Part shown: positions 50,105 to 60,751 of the stretch, one piece after another
How positions within the stretch are numbered: position 1 is the first letter of the stretch
How the letters are laid out: each line of letters starts with the position of its first letter
NCBI GenBank assembly: GCA_026414995.1
Contig: JAOAHY010000004.1
Span: forward strand, 12,485 to 76,484
DNA length: 64,000 bases
Source: Caldisericia bacterium
GTDB lineage: Bacteria > Caldisericota > Caldisericia > B22-G15
Reading direction: 5' to 3'
Notes under the pieces: model-generated
Told to the model about the DNA's origin: nothing
The model's database searches: none
The model's input: the letters and a program-made list of their open reading frames with translations, nothing else
Translations under genes and position numbers: made by a program

Positions 50105-50686
50105 TTACCTCCTTTTTAATATTATATCAATAAACATTTTATGTATCCTTATATCATCCGTTAGTTCAGGATGAAAGGAAGAACCCATTATATTCCCTTC
50201 TTTTACTAAAACCGGACCTTCGTCAACTTTTGCAAGAACCTCAACATTATTACCAATTTTACTTACTACAGGTGCCCTTATAAAAACTGCTCTAAATGGT
50301 TTATCTAATCCTTTAATATCTAAATCTATTTCCATACTTTCTTTTTGACTTCCAAATGCATTTCTCTTAATAACTATATCTAAAACTTCAAGTAGAGGTT
50401 GATCATAATTTTGTTCTATTTTTTTAGACAAAAGAATTAAACCAGCACAAGTCCCAAAGACGGGAAATCCATTCTTAATTTTTTCTTTAAGGATATCTTT
50501 CATATTATACCTTTCGAGTAATTTGCCTATTGTAGTTGATTCACCTCCTGGAATAATAAGTCCATCAACAGTTTCAAGATCTTCTTTTTTCTTAACTAAT
50601 ACACCTTCCACAAAATCAAAATTTTTTAAAAAATAATAATGTTCAATAAAGGCTCCTTGAAGTGCTAAAACACCAACTCTTACCAT
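50105..50686 (-). CDS. pdxT: PLP synthase glutaminase subunit
   Basis: [28 protein letters not shown] and FHPEL motifs. Confidence 0.97.
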   Translation of the reverse strand: MVRVGVLALQGAFIEHYYFLKNFDFVEGVLVKKKEDLETVDGLIIPGGESTTIGKLLERYNMKDILKEKIKNGFPVFGTCAGLILLSKKIEQNYDQPLLEVLDIVIKRNAFGSQKESMEIDLDIKGLDKPFRAVFIRAPVVSKIGNNVEVLAKVDEGPVLVKEGNIMGSSFHPELTDDIRIHKMFIDIILKRR

Positions 50687-51564
50687 CCTCTTCTTTCATA
50701 CCTCTCTTCTTCTTTTAATGTTCTTATATCAATTCCAACCATTGGTTCTCCAAGATCTTTTGAAATCTCTGCAAGAATTTTTGGATCATCAAAATAGGTT
50801 ACTGCATCAACAATTGCTTTTGCTCTTTTTTCTGGGTTTTTTGATTTAAAAATTCCAGAACCAACAAATACTCCATCTGCTCCTAATTGCATCATAAGTG
50901 CAGCATCTGCTGGAGTTGCTATTCCACCTGCTGCAAAATTAACGACAGGTAATCTTTTAAGTTTTTTAACTTCTAAGACAAGTTCAAAAGGTGCCCCTAA
51001 ATTTTTTGCTTCACTATATAACTCTTCATCAGACATGGAAGATATTTTTCTAATCTCATCCATGATTTTTCTCATATGTCTTACTGCTTCAACGACATTT
51101 CCTGTTCCTGCTTCTCCTTTTGTTCTTATCATACTTGCACCTTCATTTATTCTTCTAAGCGCTTCTCCTAAATCTCTTGCTCCACATACAAAAGGAACTT
51201 TAAATTTCCATTTATCTATATGATGCTCTTCATCGGCAGGAGTCAAAACTTCACTTTCATCAATAAAATCAACTCCAAGTGCTTCAAGAATTTGAGCTTC
51301 AACGAAGTGTCCGATTCTAACTTTAGCCATAACTGGAATTGTAACTGCTTTTTTTATTTTTTCTATTATTACTGGATCTGCCATTCTTGCAACTCCACCT
51401 TCTTTTCTAATATCTGCTGGGACCCTTTCAAGTGCCATTACTGCAACAGCACCAGCTTCTTCTGCTATTTTTGCTTGTTCTTCATTAGTAACATCCATAA
51501 TAACTCCACCTTTGAGCATCTGTGCTAATCCTCTTTTAACCTTTATAGTTCCGTATTCTCTCAT
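50680..51564 (-). CDS. pdxS: PLP synthase lyase subunit
   Basis: [19 protein letters not shown] and [19 protein letters not shown] motifs. Confidence 0.98.
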   Translation of the reverse strand: MREYGTIKVKRGLAQMLKGGVIMDVTNEEQAKIAEEAGAVAVMALERVPADIRKEGGVARMADPVIIEKIKKAVTIPVMAKVRIGHFVEAQILEALGVDFIDESEVLTPADEEHHIDKWKFKVPFVCGARDLGEALRRINEGASMIRTKGEAGTGNVVEAVRHMRKIMDEIRKISSMSDEELYSEAKNLGAPFELVLEVKKLKRLPVVNFAAGGIATPADAALMMQLGADGVFVGSGIFKSKNPEKRAKAIVDAVTYFDDPKILAEISKDLGEPMVGIDIRTLKEEERYERRGW

Positions 51565-51641
51565 CCTAAAACCTCCAAAAAATATTTTACCATCTAATTT
51601 AGTTTAAATCAATTGAATTTATGATTTGATTAAATTAATAG

Positions 51642-52214
51642 TTATAATCTACCTAGTGGCATTAAATATAAAGGAGATTCATCTTCTCTTAATTTTAAAA
51701 TAATTTTAACTTCTTCATCAATAAATGCTCCTATTGCAACTGTTCCAATATTTAAAGAGGTTGCCATTAAATAAATATTTTGAGAAGAATGACCTGCTTC
51801 CATGTTAATATATCTTATACCTCTTTCTCCATATCTTCTAGTTGTTATACTATTGATTGATGTAATTATAATAATAGCAGAACTTTTTTTAATTGATGAT
51901 TGATTAAGACATGCTTTTGTTAGAGGAGTTGTAATATCATTATCAAAGATTTTAATTAATGAGTTTTGTTCGTAATCGTAGTAATAAAAACCAAAAGGAA
52001 TTCCAATTACTTTCTTAGAATAAATATAAAATCTTAAAGGATAAAGTGCTCCTGCTGATGGAATTTTTGTTGCAGCAAAAAGTATATTTGAAATTTCTTG
52101 AATTTCTAATGGTTCATCTTTATAATCTCTTATTGATTTTCTTTTTTTAATTGCATTTAATAAAGTAAAATTATTATCTAATGGTTCAGGCAAATTAATT
52201 TTTTCCATAATCAT
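51642..52214 (-). CDS. SagB/ThcOx-family nitroreductase-like flavoprotein
   Basis: R.S.R.Y, PSAGALYP, YGERG.RY..MEAGH..QN and IGAF motifs. Confidence 0.9.
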   Translation of the reverse strand: MIMEKINLPEPLDNNFTLLNAIKKRKSIRDYKDEPLEIQEISNILFAATKIPSAGALYPLRFYIYSKKVIGIPFGFYYYDYEQNSLIKIFDNDITTPLTKACLNQSSIKKSSAIIIITSINSITTRRYGERGIRYINMEAGHSSQNIYLMATSLNIGTVAIGAFIDEEVKIILKLREDESPLYLMPLGRL

Positions 52215-53011
52215 TCAAAATTATAAAAATTCAATATAAAATCATTAGTTCTACCCATTTCATCAATTGCTAGAATATTAATCTGTTCATTGATAATATT
52301 GTAATTTGGATAATTTGATAATATGTAACCTGTGATTTTTAAATTATTTTTTTCTATGTTAAATGAAAATTTAATATAATTATAATTTGAAGAAATGGAC
52401 AAATTTTTTGTTAGTTGAGGAAGATTTTTTATAAATTCTATTGAATTGGAAACCAAATCTAAAACTAAAGGAAAATAATCAAGTGTTTCTTCAGGTAATT
52501 CTTTTTGATTGTAATAATATTTATCATCCTCTTTCTTAATTTCAACTTCTTTATTTAATAAAGGAGAGGTAATTTTAAAATAAAATTTTTCTAAATTACA
52601 ATAGAGATTAAAATTTTCTTTATCTCCGTTTAAATTTCCTATAAAATTAACATAAAAACTTTTTGAGGTTGAAACTTTTTCAATAATTTTTTTAATTATT
52701 TCCTCTTTTTTTGAATTTAATGATATTAGTTTTATTTCAACATTTGAATTTTCTTTGTAATTTATAAATTCATCATAAGGAAGATAATTTTCTTTGTAAA
52801 CAAAAATTTTAAAATTTTCTCCTTCGTTTTTAACTATCAATTCACCATTATTATCTGTTAAAAATTCTATATTATTTATTAAAATCTTAGCTTGAGATAT
52901 TTTATTTCCTAATTCATCAAGAACTATAATTTTTATATTATTCTCTCTTCTATAGCATGAAATAGAAGTTGACATTATTAATATTATTATCACTAATATA
53001 AATTTTTTCAT
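52211..53011 (-). CDS. Hypothetical exported lipoprotein with carboxypeptidase-regulatory-like beta domain
   Basis: Signal MKKFILVIIILIMSTSISC; V.D..G..I..A.I.I....TD.NG...K.NY pattern. Confidence 0.6.
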   Translation of the reverse strand: MKKFILVIIILIMSTSISCYRRENNIKIIVLDELGNKISQAKILINNIEFLTDNNGELIVKNEGENFKIFVYKENYLPYDEFINYKENSNVEIKLISLNSKKEEIIKKIIEKVSTSKSFYVNFIGNLNGDKENFNLYCNLEKFYFKITSPLLNKEVEIKKEDDKYYYNQKELPEETLDYFPLVLDLVSNSIEFIKNLPQLTKNLSISSNYNYIKFSFNIEKNNLKITGYILSNYPNYNIINEQINILAIDEMGRTNDFILNFYNFE

Positions 53012-53364
53012 GATTCAAGATCTATTGCTTTAGCATCAACCCATATACTTTCAAGATTGTAATAAATTCTTTTAATTGGATTAAATATATGAATCATAAC
53101 ATCTCCATAATCCATAATAATCCATGTTCCTTCATCGCTTCCATCAATTTTTTCTGGTAACCTTTTAATTTCTTTTTTCATTTTCATATATATATTATCC
53201 ATAATTGCTTTTGCTTGTATATCTGTGTCTGCAGAACATATAAATAAATAATCAAAAAGATAGGTTAATTTTCTCGTATCGAGACAGAGTATTTCATCAC
53301 CCTTTTTTTCTTTTATTGCTTCATAAATAGTTTTTAATATTCTATTTTTTTTCTTTCCAGCCAT
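53008..53364 (-). CDS. rsfS: Ribosome silencing factor
   Basis: EKKG, DY..ICS and W...DYGDV.IH.F....R.YY.LE..W motifs. Confidence 0.94.
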   Translation of the reverse strand: MAGKKKNRILKTIYEAIKEKKGDEILCLDTRKLTYLFDYLFICSADTDIQAKAIMDNIYMKMKKEIKRLPEKIDGSDEGTWIIMDYGDVMIHIFNPIKRIYYNLESIWVDAKAIDLES

Positions 53365-54002
53365 GGATCCTCTTCTTTATATAAATTATTTTTATAAATA
53401 TAATCTTCTACTTCTTTTGGTACTAGATATTTAATTGTATATCCATTTTTAATTCTTTGTCTTATTAAAGTCGAAGAGATTGATAGAGCTGGAACTTGAA
53501 GAGGAAATACTTTATCAATACAACACTCACCAATTTTACCTAATTTTTCTTTTAATCGTTTTAAACTATAACCAGGTCGTGTAGCAGCAATAAAATAACA
53601 CATTTGAAGAAGTTCTCTTGGGTTTTTCCATGTTAGAATACTCAATACAGCATCTGCTCCAGTAATAAAATAAATATCATATTTATCTTCAGTATAAACT
53701 TCTCTTAATTCTTTAATTGTGTCATAAGTATAACATTTACCTTTTCTATCAATTTCAATTCTTGAAACATAAAAATTTGGATTTGAAATTGTTGCTAGTA
53801 AAGTCATAACAAATCTTCTTTCAGGATCAAGCAATTTTGTTCTTTTTTTATAACCTGGAATACCAACTGGAATAAAAATGACCTTTTTAAGGTTATATTT
53901 AACTCTAGCTTCTTCTGCAACAACAAGATGACCTATATGTATTGGATTGAAAGAGCCGCCCATAATTCCTATTGCCTCTTTACTCATAATATCTAAATTC
54001 AA
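53334..54002 (-). CDS. nadD: Nicotinate-nucleotide adenylyltransferase
   Basis: GGSFNPIHIGH, YT.DT, FITGAD, ISST.IR; start may be the second Met (53987). Confidence 0.95.
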   Translation of the reverse strand: MNLDIMSKEAIGIMGGSFNPIHIGHLVVAEEARVKYNLKKVIFIPVGIPGYKKRTKLLDPERRFVMTLLATISNPNFYVSRIEIDRKGKCYTYDTIKELREVYTEDKYDIYFITGADAVLSILTWKNPRELLQMCYFIAATRPGYSLKRLKEKLGKIGECCIDKVFPLQVPALSISSTLIRQRIKNGYTIKYLVPKEVEDYIYKNNLYKEEDPWLERKKIEY

Positions 54003-55272
54003 TACCTCCTATTATTACTTTATCTCCATTTTTAATTCCTTTCTTCTTCAATTCTTCTTCAATTAAATATTTTTTTGAGATTTCTTGCAATTTTTTTATT
54101 CCATATTGCGAATCTAAATCTATACCTTTCACTATTCTTTCTAATTCTTCACTTTCAACAATATATTTATTTCCTTCTTTTCTAATTTTAATTTCAATAT
54201 CCCTTTTGATATCTTTTAATGTGTACTTTTTTTCTATTTCAATTTTCTCAAAAAACTTTCTAATTTCAACTTTGCCAATTCTATCTATAAGATCTTTTAT
54301 TCCAAAATTTAAAACTGCTGAAAATTTAATTGTATCTATATTTCTTTCTTTAAAATAATTTTCAACTTCTTCTAAGTTATGAGTTGGTAAATCTATTTTT
54401 GATAAAACAACAAAATATTCTTTATTTAAAATTTCTTTATTATAATTCTCAATTTCATTTATTAAGTTTTCATATTGAATAATTGGATTCAATGCTTCTA
54501 AACTTGAATTCAGTACAAAAATCAAAAAATATGTTCTTTCAATATGTCTTAAAAATTCTAATCCAAGTCCTTTTCCTTGAGATGCACCATCAATAATTCC
54601 AGGCAAATCAACTATTGTTAAACTTTTTTTATCATCTATTCTTACCTCACCTATAACAGGAGTCAAAGTTGTGAATGGATATGGAGCAATTTTAGGTTTA
54701 GCATTACTTATTTTTGAAAGAATTGTAGATTTACCAACATTTGGATAACCAACAAGACCACCATCTGCTATTATCTTTAATTCAAGTAAAACTTTCTTTT
54801 CTTCGCCTTTTTCGCCTAATTCTCTAATTCTTGGTGCTCTATCTGTTGGAGTTGCAAAACTAGCGTTGCCTCTACCACCTTTTCCACCTCTGCACAAAAT
54901 AAACTCTTCTCCATCCTCAGTAAGGTCTTTTAATAATTCTCCTGTTTCTAAATCCCAAACAAGAGTTCCTGGTGGAACTTCAATTATTAAATCTTCTCCA
55001 TCCTTCCCCTTTTTGTTATCTCCTTCTCCATTTTTGCCATCTTCTGCTTTAAATATGTTTTTATATTTAAATTTAGTTAATGTATTTAGATTTGAATTGA
55101 CTTTTAAAATAATATCTCCACCTTTACCACCATCTCCACCAGATGGTCCGCCATATGGAACAAATTTTTCTCTTCTAAATGCTATGACTCCATCCCCCCC
55201 ATCACCTGCTTTACAATATATTTCAGCTAGATCAAATGAATATTTTTTACTATATTTCTTTGGGATAGACAC
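53980..55272 (-). CDS. obgE: GTPase Obg/CgtA
   Basis: Gly-rich N-domain (GGDG, FRREK, GGP.GGDGG), G.PNVGKST, YPFTT, DLPG, FLRHIER; C-terminal OCT domain. Confidence 0.96.
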   Translation of the reverse strand: MSIPKKYSKKYSFDLAEIYCKAGDGGDGVIAFRREKFVPYGGPSGGDGGKGGDIILKVNSNLNTLTKFKYKNIFKAEDGKNGEGDNKKGKDGEDLIIEVPPGTLVWDLETGELLKDLTEDGEEFILCRGGKGGRGNASFATPTDRAPRIRELGEKGEEKKVLLELKIIADGGLVGYPNVGKSTILSKISNAKPKIAPYPFTTLTPVIGEVRIDDKKSLTIVDLPGIIDGASQGKGLGLEFLRHIERTYFLIFVLNSSLEALNPIIQYENLINEIENYNKEILNKEYFVVLSKIDLPTHNLEEVENYFKERNIDTIKFSAVLNFGIKDLIDRIGKVEIRKFFEKIEIEKKYTLKDIKRDIEIKIRKEGNKYIVESEELERIVKGIDLDSQYGIKKLQEISKKYLIEEELKKKGIKNGDKVIIGGIEFRYYE

Positions 55273-55507
55273 TTACTCTTTTTTTACCTCTATAATCTTC
55301 AAATTTAACAACCCCTTCAATTGTTGCTAATATTGAATAATCTCTAGCAAGCAAAGTATTTAAACCAGGAATAACTTTTGTTCCTCTTTGTCTTACTATT
55401 ATTGTTCCAGGTTTTACAAATTCTCCTTCAAAATATTTTATTCCTAGATATTTTGGATTTGAATCTCTACCGTTTTTTGCTCTGCCACCACTTTTCTTAT
55501 GCGCCAT
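55250..55507 (-). CDS. rpmA: 50S ribosomal protein L27
   Basis: MAHKK..G..KNGRDS and IIVRQRGT motifs. Confidence 0.97.
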   Translation of the reverse strand: MAHKKSGGRAKNGRDSNPKYLGIKYFEGEFVKPGTIIVRQRGTKVIPGLNTLLARDYSILATIEGVVKFEDYRGKKRVSVYPKEI

Positions 55508-55508
55508 A

Positions 55509-55826
55509 TTAACCTCCTATTTCAATTTTTTCAATTTTAAGCATTGTTTTTGGTTGTCTATGTCCCAACATTCTTTTATGAGTTGTTTTTGCATGATAAA
55601 AGAAAACTTTTATCTTTTTTTCTCTTAACTGGTTAGTTATCTTACAATGAACTTTTACATTTTTAACATAGGGATTTCCAACTAAAAATTCACCATCTTT
55701 TTTAACAAAAAGAACATTATTAATAAGAATTTCACTTCCTATATCGCCTTTTATTTTTTCAACTTTAATAGAATCGTTCTCTTTAACTAGATATTGTTTT
55801 CCACCAATTTCAACTATCGCAAACAC
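55509..55826 (-). CDS. rplU: 50S ribosomal protein L21
   Basis: MFAIVE.GGKQY.V, G.PYV and GHRQ motifs; GGAGG RBS. Confidence 0.96.
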   Translation of the reverse strand: MFAIVEIGGKQYLVKENDSIKVEKIKGDIGSEILINNVLFVKKDGEFLVGNPYVKNVKVHCKITNQLREKKIKVFFYHAKTTHKRMLGHRQPKTMLKIEKIEIGG

Positions 55827-55885
55827 CTTATAACCTCCTAAATAAATAACTTTTTAAACTAATAATTTATAACAAAAAATTTCAT

Positions 55886-56275
55886 TTAATTCAAGTAGTT
55901 TTGCATTTTATCATAAGTGAAACCTAATGGTTTTAAAAGTTTTTCAATATAATTTAAATTAACTTCTTTTCCTTTAAACTTTAAAAAATCTTTAATTATA
56001 TCTATAAAGTTCTTTAAAAATTTATCCTTATCTTCATTGTATAACTTTTCAATAAATATTCCAAAAGTATCAGGTGCTATTTCTGTTTTTCCTCTAAATG
56101 AGAATAGTAAAAAACTAATATTGTTTAAATAATCTTCTGTTAATTTCCATAAATCAATAAGATTTAATTTTTCTAAATTTTCTTTGAAATTTTTTGATTG
56201 AAGATAATCTTTAAAACCATCTTTTATTAAATTATTAACTAAATTTGCAATTTTTTTATTTTGAATAAAACTCAT
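55886..56275 (-). CDS. Hypothetical protein
   Basis: 129-aa ORF translationally coupled (ATGA) to the DHH gene; no recognisable motif. Confidence 0.6.
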   Translation of the reverse strand: MSFIQNKKIANLVNNLIKDGFKDYLQSKNFKENLEKLNLIDLWKLTEDYLNNISFLLFSFRGKTEIAPDTFGIFIEKLYNEDKDKFLKNFIDIIKDFLKFKGKEVNLNYIEKLLKPLGFTYDKMQNYLN

Positions 56276-57315
56276 ATGCTTACCTCAAAATATGAATTTG
56301 AAATTTTATTAATAAACTCATTCCATTTTTCAATTGAAACAATACCACCAGTTGCTCTCTCATGCCCGAAACCTAAATCTTCTTCAATGCTTGGTTCAAG
56401 AAAATTTCTTAAAAATTCTAGAAGTGAAATATTTAATGATGTTCTCATAGAAAAACTTACTTTGTTTTTGATATATCCAAAGTTAGCACAAATAACAATA
56501 TATTTATCTAGTATATTTTTCCAAATTTGGGCAATTACAGGGTGAATCAGATTTTCAGAGTTAATTTCTATTATTGCAATTTGTTTAATAAACTTTGGCT
56601 TAACTTTTTTCCACTTTTCTATATCTTTCTTAATAATCTCTTTATATATTTCAAGTTGTTTCTTATATGATGATTCAATTAACAAATCTGAAAAATTTTC
56701 AGATTCAATCAAATATTTAAATGATAATTCTATGTCAAATTCTTTTACTCTTCTTGCTGAATTAATAAGCGAAGAAACATATGAAATCTCTTTTTTCTTA
56801 TAATTTTTAAACAATTCTTTAATCATTGGTGCATCAATATCTACACCATAATCACCAACTTCGCCTATTAAACCTATATAATCTTTTGGATTTAAATTAA
56901 TTTTATTAAGCAAAAGATATGAGAGATATGAAGTTGATATGTAAGGTGGTGGAGGAAAACTTGAAAATAATATTCCATTATCAGGGATTCCCTCTGGTTT
57001 ATGATGATCTATTAATATTATCCTTTTTATATTATCAAATTTAGTCTTATAAGAGCCTAAATCTAAAATAAATAGGAAATTTGGATTAATTTCCTTAATT
57101 CTTTTTTTTATACCTTCAGAATAACCATTTTCTCCTTTATTAGGAAATAAAATATTTATATTTTTAAAATTTAAAGAATTAAAAATTTTAAATATTATTG
57201 CACCACTAGAAACACCATCTGAATCAACATGAGTTAAAATTAAAATTTTATCTTCTTTACTTATTTCAGAAAAAACTTTTTCAAAATCTCTTGAAACTAC
57301 TTCAAGATCAAGCAT
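56272..57315 (-). CDS. DHH-family phosphoesterase (RecJ-like, compact)
   Basis: HVDSDG, DLG, IDHH, G.VGD, S.R and GH..A.G motifs. Confidence 0.88.
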   Translation of the reverse strand: MLDLEVVSRDFEKVFSEISKEDKILILTHVDSDGVSSGAIIFKIFNSLNFKNINILFPNKGENGYSEGIKKRIKEINPNFLFILDLGSYKTKFDNIKRIILIDHHKPEGIPDNGILFSSFPPPPYISTSYLSYLLLNKINLNPKDYIGLIGEVGDYGVDIDAPMIKELFKNYKKKEISYVSSLINSARRVKEFDIELSFKYLIESENFSDLLIESSYKKQLEIYKEIIKKDIEKWKKVKPKFIKQIAIIEINSENLIHPVIAQIWKNILDKYIVICANFGYIKNKVSFSMRTSLNISLLEFLRNFLEPSIEEDLGFGHERATGGIVSIEKWNEFINKISNSYFEVSI

Positions 57316-57331
57316 ATATTATAATTATTAT

Positions 57332-57655
57332 ATGAAAGAGATAAAAAAGGAAGAGATTTTAAATATAAAAGAAGTTGTATCTGATGTTTGTTTATTTTGT
57401 GATGCTCCTTGCTGCAAGGAAAATTTTGTTCCTTTAACTACTGAAGAAGTCAAAAGTGGAAAGTATGAGGCAGTTTTTAATTCAATTTTTGATTTCAACA
57501 CAAAGAAATTAGAAACTGGATACTTTTTAAAAAGAAAAAAAGATGGAAGTTGTATATATTTAAATGAAGTAAATTTATGCACTATATGGAGAGAAAGACC
57601 AAAAGCATGTAGAATATATGTCTGTGAAAAAATTAAAGAAGACGTGAACCATTAA
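57332..57655 (+). CDS. YkgJ family cysteine-cluster (CxxCxxCC) protein
   Basis: CLFCDAPCC, C.YL....C.I...RP..CR.Y.C motifs. Confidence 0.85.
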   Translation: MKEIKKEEILNIKEVVSDVCLFCDAPCCKENFVPLTTEEVKSGKYEAVFNSIFDFNTKKLETGYFLKRKKDGSCIYLNEVNLCTIWRERPKACRIYVCEKIKEDVNH

Positions 57656-58292
57656 TATCAAGATGAAATTCACAATTTAGAACTTTTGAAGCATTTTTAC
57701 ACATAACCATTCTAGATAAAAATATTTCAAAGTACTCCATTGGTTTAGAGATTTCTGTATTAATGGTAAGTTCAAGTATTATTTCCTTTTTCTTTTCATT
57801 AACCCATAAAAAGGATTTTTCAACTGCATAATTTACTCTATCATGTATATCAAAATATTCTGGTTTTGTTCTAACTCTTGATCTATGAGCATCAGATTTA
57901 TCTGCAAGTACCACTGCAGCAGTTATTGGATTTGAAATGTGTCCTATCTTTTCATCGTGATTACTAATTGCTTCCATAATAAGTGCTATATCTTCAGGTG
58001 GAAAGTTTAAATCTTTTAAAACATGAAATGCTATCAATGCTCCACCAATTGTATGAAAATCTCTACCAATAAAATTACCTATATCATGAAGATAAGCTGC
58101 AATTTTTGCAAGAAGTTGTTCTCTTTCTGAATATCCTAATCTTTTCAAAATATTTTCACTTATTTCTGATACAAGAGTTAAATGTCTAAATCCATGTTCA
58201 GTATAACCTAATGATTCAAGATATTTATCTGATCTTTCTATAAATGATTTAATTATTGGGTGATTTTTTACAATTTCAAACTTTTCAAGCAT
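57633..58292 (-). CDS. HD-domain phosphohydrolase
   Basis: GYTEHG.RH, LHDIGN, NHDE, LADKSD and DIHDRVNYAV motifs. Confidence 0.9.
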   Translation of the reverse strand: MLEKFEIVKNHPIIKSFIERSDKYLESLGYTEHGFRHLTLVSEISENILKRLGYSEREQLLAKIAAYLHDIGNFIGRDFHTIGGALIAFHVLKDLNFPPEDIALIMEAISNHDEKIGHISNPITAAVVLADKSDAHRSRVRTKPEYFDIHDRVNYAVEKSFLWVNEKKKEIILELTINTEISKPMEYFEIFLSRMVMCKNASKVLNCEFHLDINGSRLL

Positions 58293-58594
58293 TAAAAGAT
58301 CTCTTCAGATATTAACTCTTTATCCGTTTCAAATGAAAGTAAAACTGCATCTGGAAGATTTTGAAGAAAGTTTTCAATTTTATAAACTGTTGAGTCAAGT
58401 TCATTTTTTGATGTATTCAAGGTTATAAGGTAAATTTTTGAAAGTTCGCACTTTTCATTTTCTCTATCTTCTGCAAGAGCTACATTGAATCTATTTTTTA
58501 ATTTTGTAATTACTGAACTTGTAACCCTTCTTTTATCTTTAAGAGTTCTTGCACCAGGTATGCCAATTTCAAAAATGATTAAAGCATAATACAT
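58292..58594 (-). CDS. ylxP: DUF503 (YlxP) family protein
   Basis: LKDKR......LKNRFNV..AE motif; usual position after infB. Confidence 0.85.
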   Translation of the reverse strand: MYYALIIFEIGIPGARTLKDKRRVTSSVITKLKNRFNVALAEDRENEKCELSKIYLITLNTSKNELDSTVYKIENFLQNLPDAVLLSFETDKELISEEIF

Positions 58595-58595
58595 C

Positions 58596-60473
58596 TTAGG
58601 ACCCCTTTTCTTTTAACTCAAATAATTCAATTAAATCTCCCTCTTTTATATCTTTAACACCATCAACTTTAATACCACACTCATAACCCTCCATAACTTC
58701 TTTAACATCATCTTTAAATCTCTTTAATGAAGTTATTTTTCCTTCTCCGATTACTTTTCCTTCTCTTATTACTCTTACTGTACCATCTCTTATAATTTTT
58801 CCTTCTCTTACAATTGAACCTGCTATTATTCCTACATTACTTACATTAAAAAGTTTTTTGACTTCAGCTTTTCCAACAACAACTTCCACATATTCTGGTT
58901 TAACTAAACCCTTTACAAAATTTGAAACCCAATCTTGTAATTCATAAATCAAATCAAAAGTATAAATCTTTACTCTTGCTCTTTCTGGAAGCCTTTTTAA
59001 CATAGGATTTTCTTTTGTGTTAAAACCTAAAATAATTGCATTTGAAGCAACTGCAAGTAATACATCTGATTCATTTATATTTCCTACTCCTGTATATATA
59101 AATTCTATTTTAACATCTCCAGTATCTATTGCATTTATAACGTTTTTTACTGCATCAAGAGAACCATAAGTGTCTGTTTTTAAAATAATGTGAAGTTTTT
59201 TCTCTTCTTCTAATCTTTCAAAAAGTTCATCTAAAGATATTGGTTTTTCTTTTATTGTTTCTTTTTTACTTAATTCAATTTTTTCAAGTTTTTCAAGAAC
59301 TATATCTTCAGAATCATATCCGAGAAGAATTTCTCCAGGATGTGGTGTTTCTTTTAAACCTAATATTTCTATTGGAATAGTCTCATTTACTTCTCTTAAA
59401 CTTTTTTGTGATTCAGTATTAATCATTCTTATTTTTCCATAAGTTTCTCCAACCATAACCCAATCACCACATTTTAAAACACCTGCTTGCAAAATTAAAT
59501 TTGCAAGAGGACCCACTTTTGGATCAAGTTTTGCTTCTATAATAGTTCCTGCTGGTCTTTTTTCATCTGATCTTGAAATTTCTTCTATTTCTCCTAAAAG
59601 TAATATACTATCAAGTAAATCATTTACACCAACACCGCTTTTTGCTGATGTATTTACAAATATTGTATCTCCACCCCATTCTTCAGGAAGGAGACCATAA
59701 TTTGAAAGTTGCTGTTTTACTCTTTCTGGATCTGCTCCTTCTTTATCTATTTTATTTACAGCAACTATTATAGGTACATTTGCTGCTTTTGCATGATTTA
59801 ATGCTTCAATTGTTTGTTCCTTTACCCCCTCATCTGCTGCAACTACAAGAACAACGATATCTGTTACAAACGAACCTCTTACTCTCATTTCAGTAAATGC
59901 TTCATGACCTGGAGTATCAATAAATATTATTTTTTTATTTTTATAATTTATTTCTGATGCACCAATTTTTTGTGTAATTCCACCTTTTTCTCTTAATGCA
60001 ATATTAGTTTTTCTTATGTAATCAAGAAGGGTTGTTTTTCCATGGTCAATATGTCCCATAACTGTTACAACTGGAGGTCTAGGTTTAAAATTTTGAGGAA
60101 GTGGAGGAATTATATCTGTAATTGGTTTTTTGAATTGATTTGCAATTCTTGCAGCAATTGGAAATGGAATTTCATCATCTATATCTTCTCTTACAATCCC
60201 CCATTTTAAAATATATGGAGTTATAATTTTAAATGATAAATTTAAATGTTTACAAAGTTCTCTTATTTTAATATTTCCTTTTACTTCTTTTTCTCTTCTT
60301 TCCCTTTCCTCTTTATCCTTCAAAACAAGTTCTTTAACAACATTTGCAGTATCTTCTTCTATTGTTGAAAGATTTCCTTTCACTTCAACACCAAGATCTT
60401 TTAAATATTTTACAAGTTCAGTTGTTGATATACCAATCTCCTTTGCTAAACTAAACACTCTGTATTTTTTCAT
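58596..60473 (-). CDS. infB: Translation initiation factor IF-2
   Basis: RPPVVTVMGHIDHGKTTLLD, GGITQ, DTPGHEAF, NKIDK and LKRFKDDVKEV..G.ECG motifs. Confidence 0.98.
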   Translation of the reverse strand: MKKYRVFSLAKEIGISTTELVKYLKDLGVEVKGNLSTIEEDTANVVKELVLKDKEERERREKEVKGNIKIRELCKHLNLSFKIITPYILKWGIVREDIDDEIPFPIAARIANQFKKPITDIIPPLPQNFKPRPPVVTVMGHIDHGKTTLLDYIRKTNIALREKGGITQKIGASEINYKNKKIIFIDTPGHEAFTEMRVRGSFVTDIVVLVVAADEGVKEQTIEALNHAKAANVPIIVAVNKIDKEGADPERVKQQLSNYGLLPEEWGGDTIFVNTSAKSGVGVNDLLDSILLLGEIEEISRSDEKRPAGTIIEAKLDPKVGPLANLILQAGVLKCGDWVMVGETYGKIRMINTESQKSLREVNETIPIEILGLKETPHPGEILLGYDSEDIVLEKLEKIELSKKETIKEKPISLDELFERLEEEKKLHIILKTDTYGSLDAVKNVINAIDTGDVKIEFIYTGVGNINESDVLLAVASNAIILGFNTKENPMLKRLPERARVKIYTFDLIYELQDWVSNFVKGLVKPEYVEVVVGKAEVKKLFNVSNVGIIAGSIVREGKIIRDGTVRVIREGKVIGEGKITSLKRFKDDVKEVMEGYECGIKVDGVKDIKEGDLIELFELKEKGS

Positions 60474-60747
60474 TCTTCACCTCTTTTATATATTCAAAAA
60501 GTTCCTCTTTCATTCTAATTTTTAATTTAGAATCAATTTGATCAACTCTTAATACTTTTTCTAACCTTTTTTTAGTAAAAGCTTTATTAATACAATTTTT
60601 ATCTTTACAAATATATGCACTTCTTCCAAAAATTTTATATTCATTATCTATTAAAATATTTAAATCTTTAGTTCTAACAACTCTTAAAAATTCTTTTTTT
60701 ACTCTTTGTTTTTTACAAGAGATACATCTTCTTAAAATTTCTTTCAT
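60451..60747 (-). CDS. ylxR: YlxR/RnpM (DUF448) RNA-binding protein
   Basis: Start at ATG 60747; R.C..C, L.RVVR, GR.AY.C....C motifs; between nusA and infB. Confidence 0.9.
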   Translation of the reverse strand: MKEILRRCISCKKQRVKKEFLRVVRTKDLNILIDNEYKIFGRSAYICKDKNCINKAFTKKRLEKVLRVDQIDSKLKIRMKEELFEYIKEVKNEKIQSV

Positions 60748-60751
60748 AATT

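Noticed and set aside
51642-52214. SagB/ThcOx protein as a sign of a RiPP (azole) cluster
   Set aside because: No YcaO, precursor peptide or transporter nearby; stand-alone nitroreductase-fold gene in a housekeeping operon.
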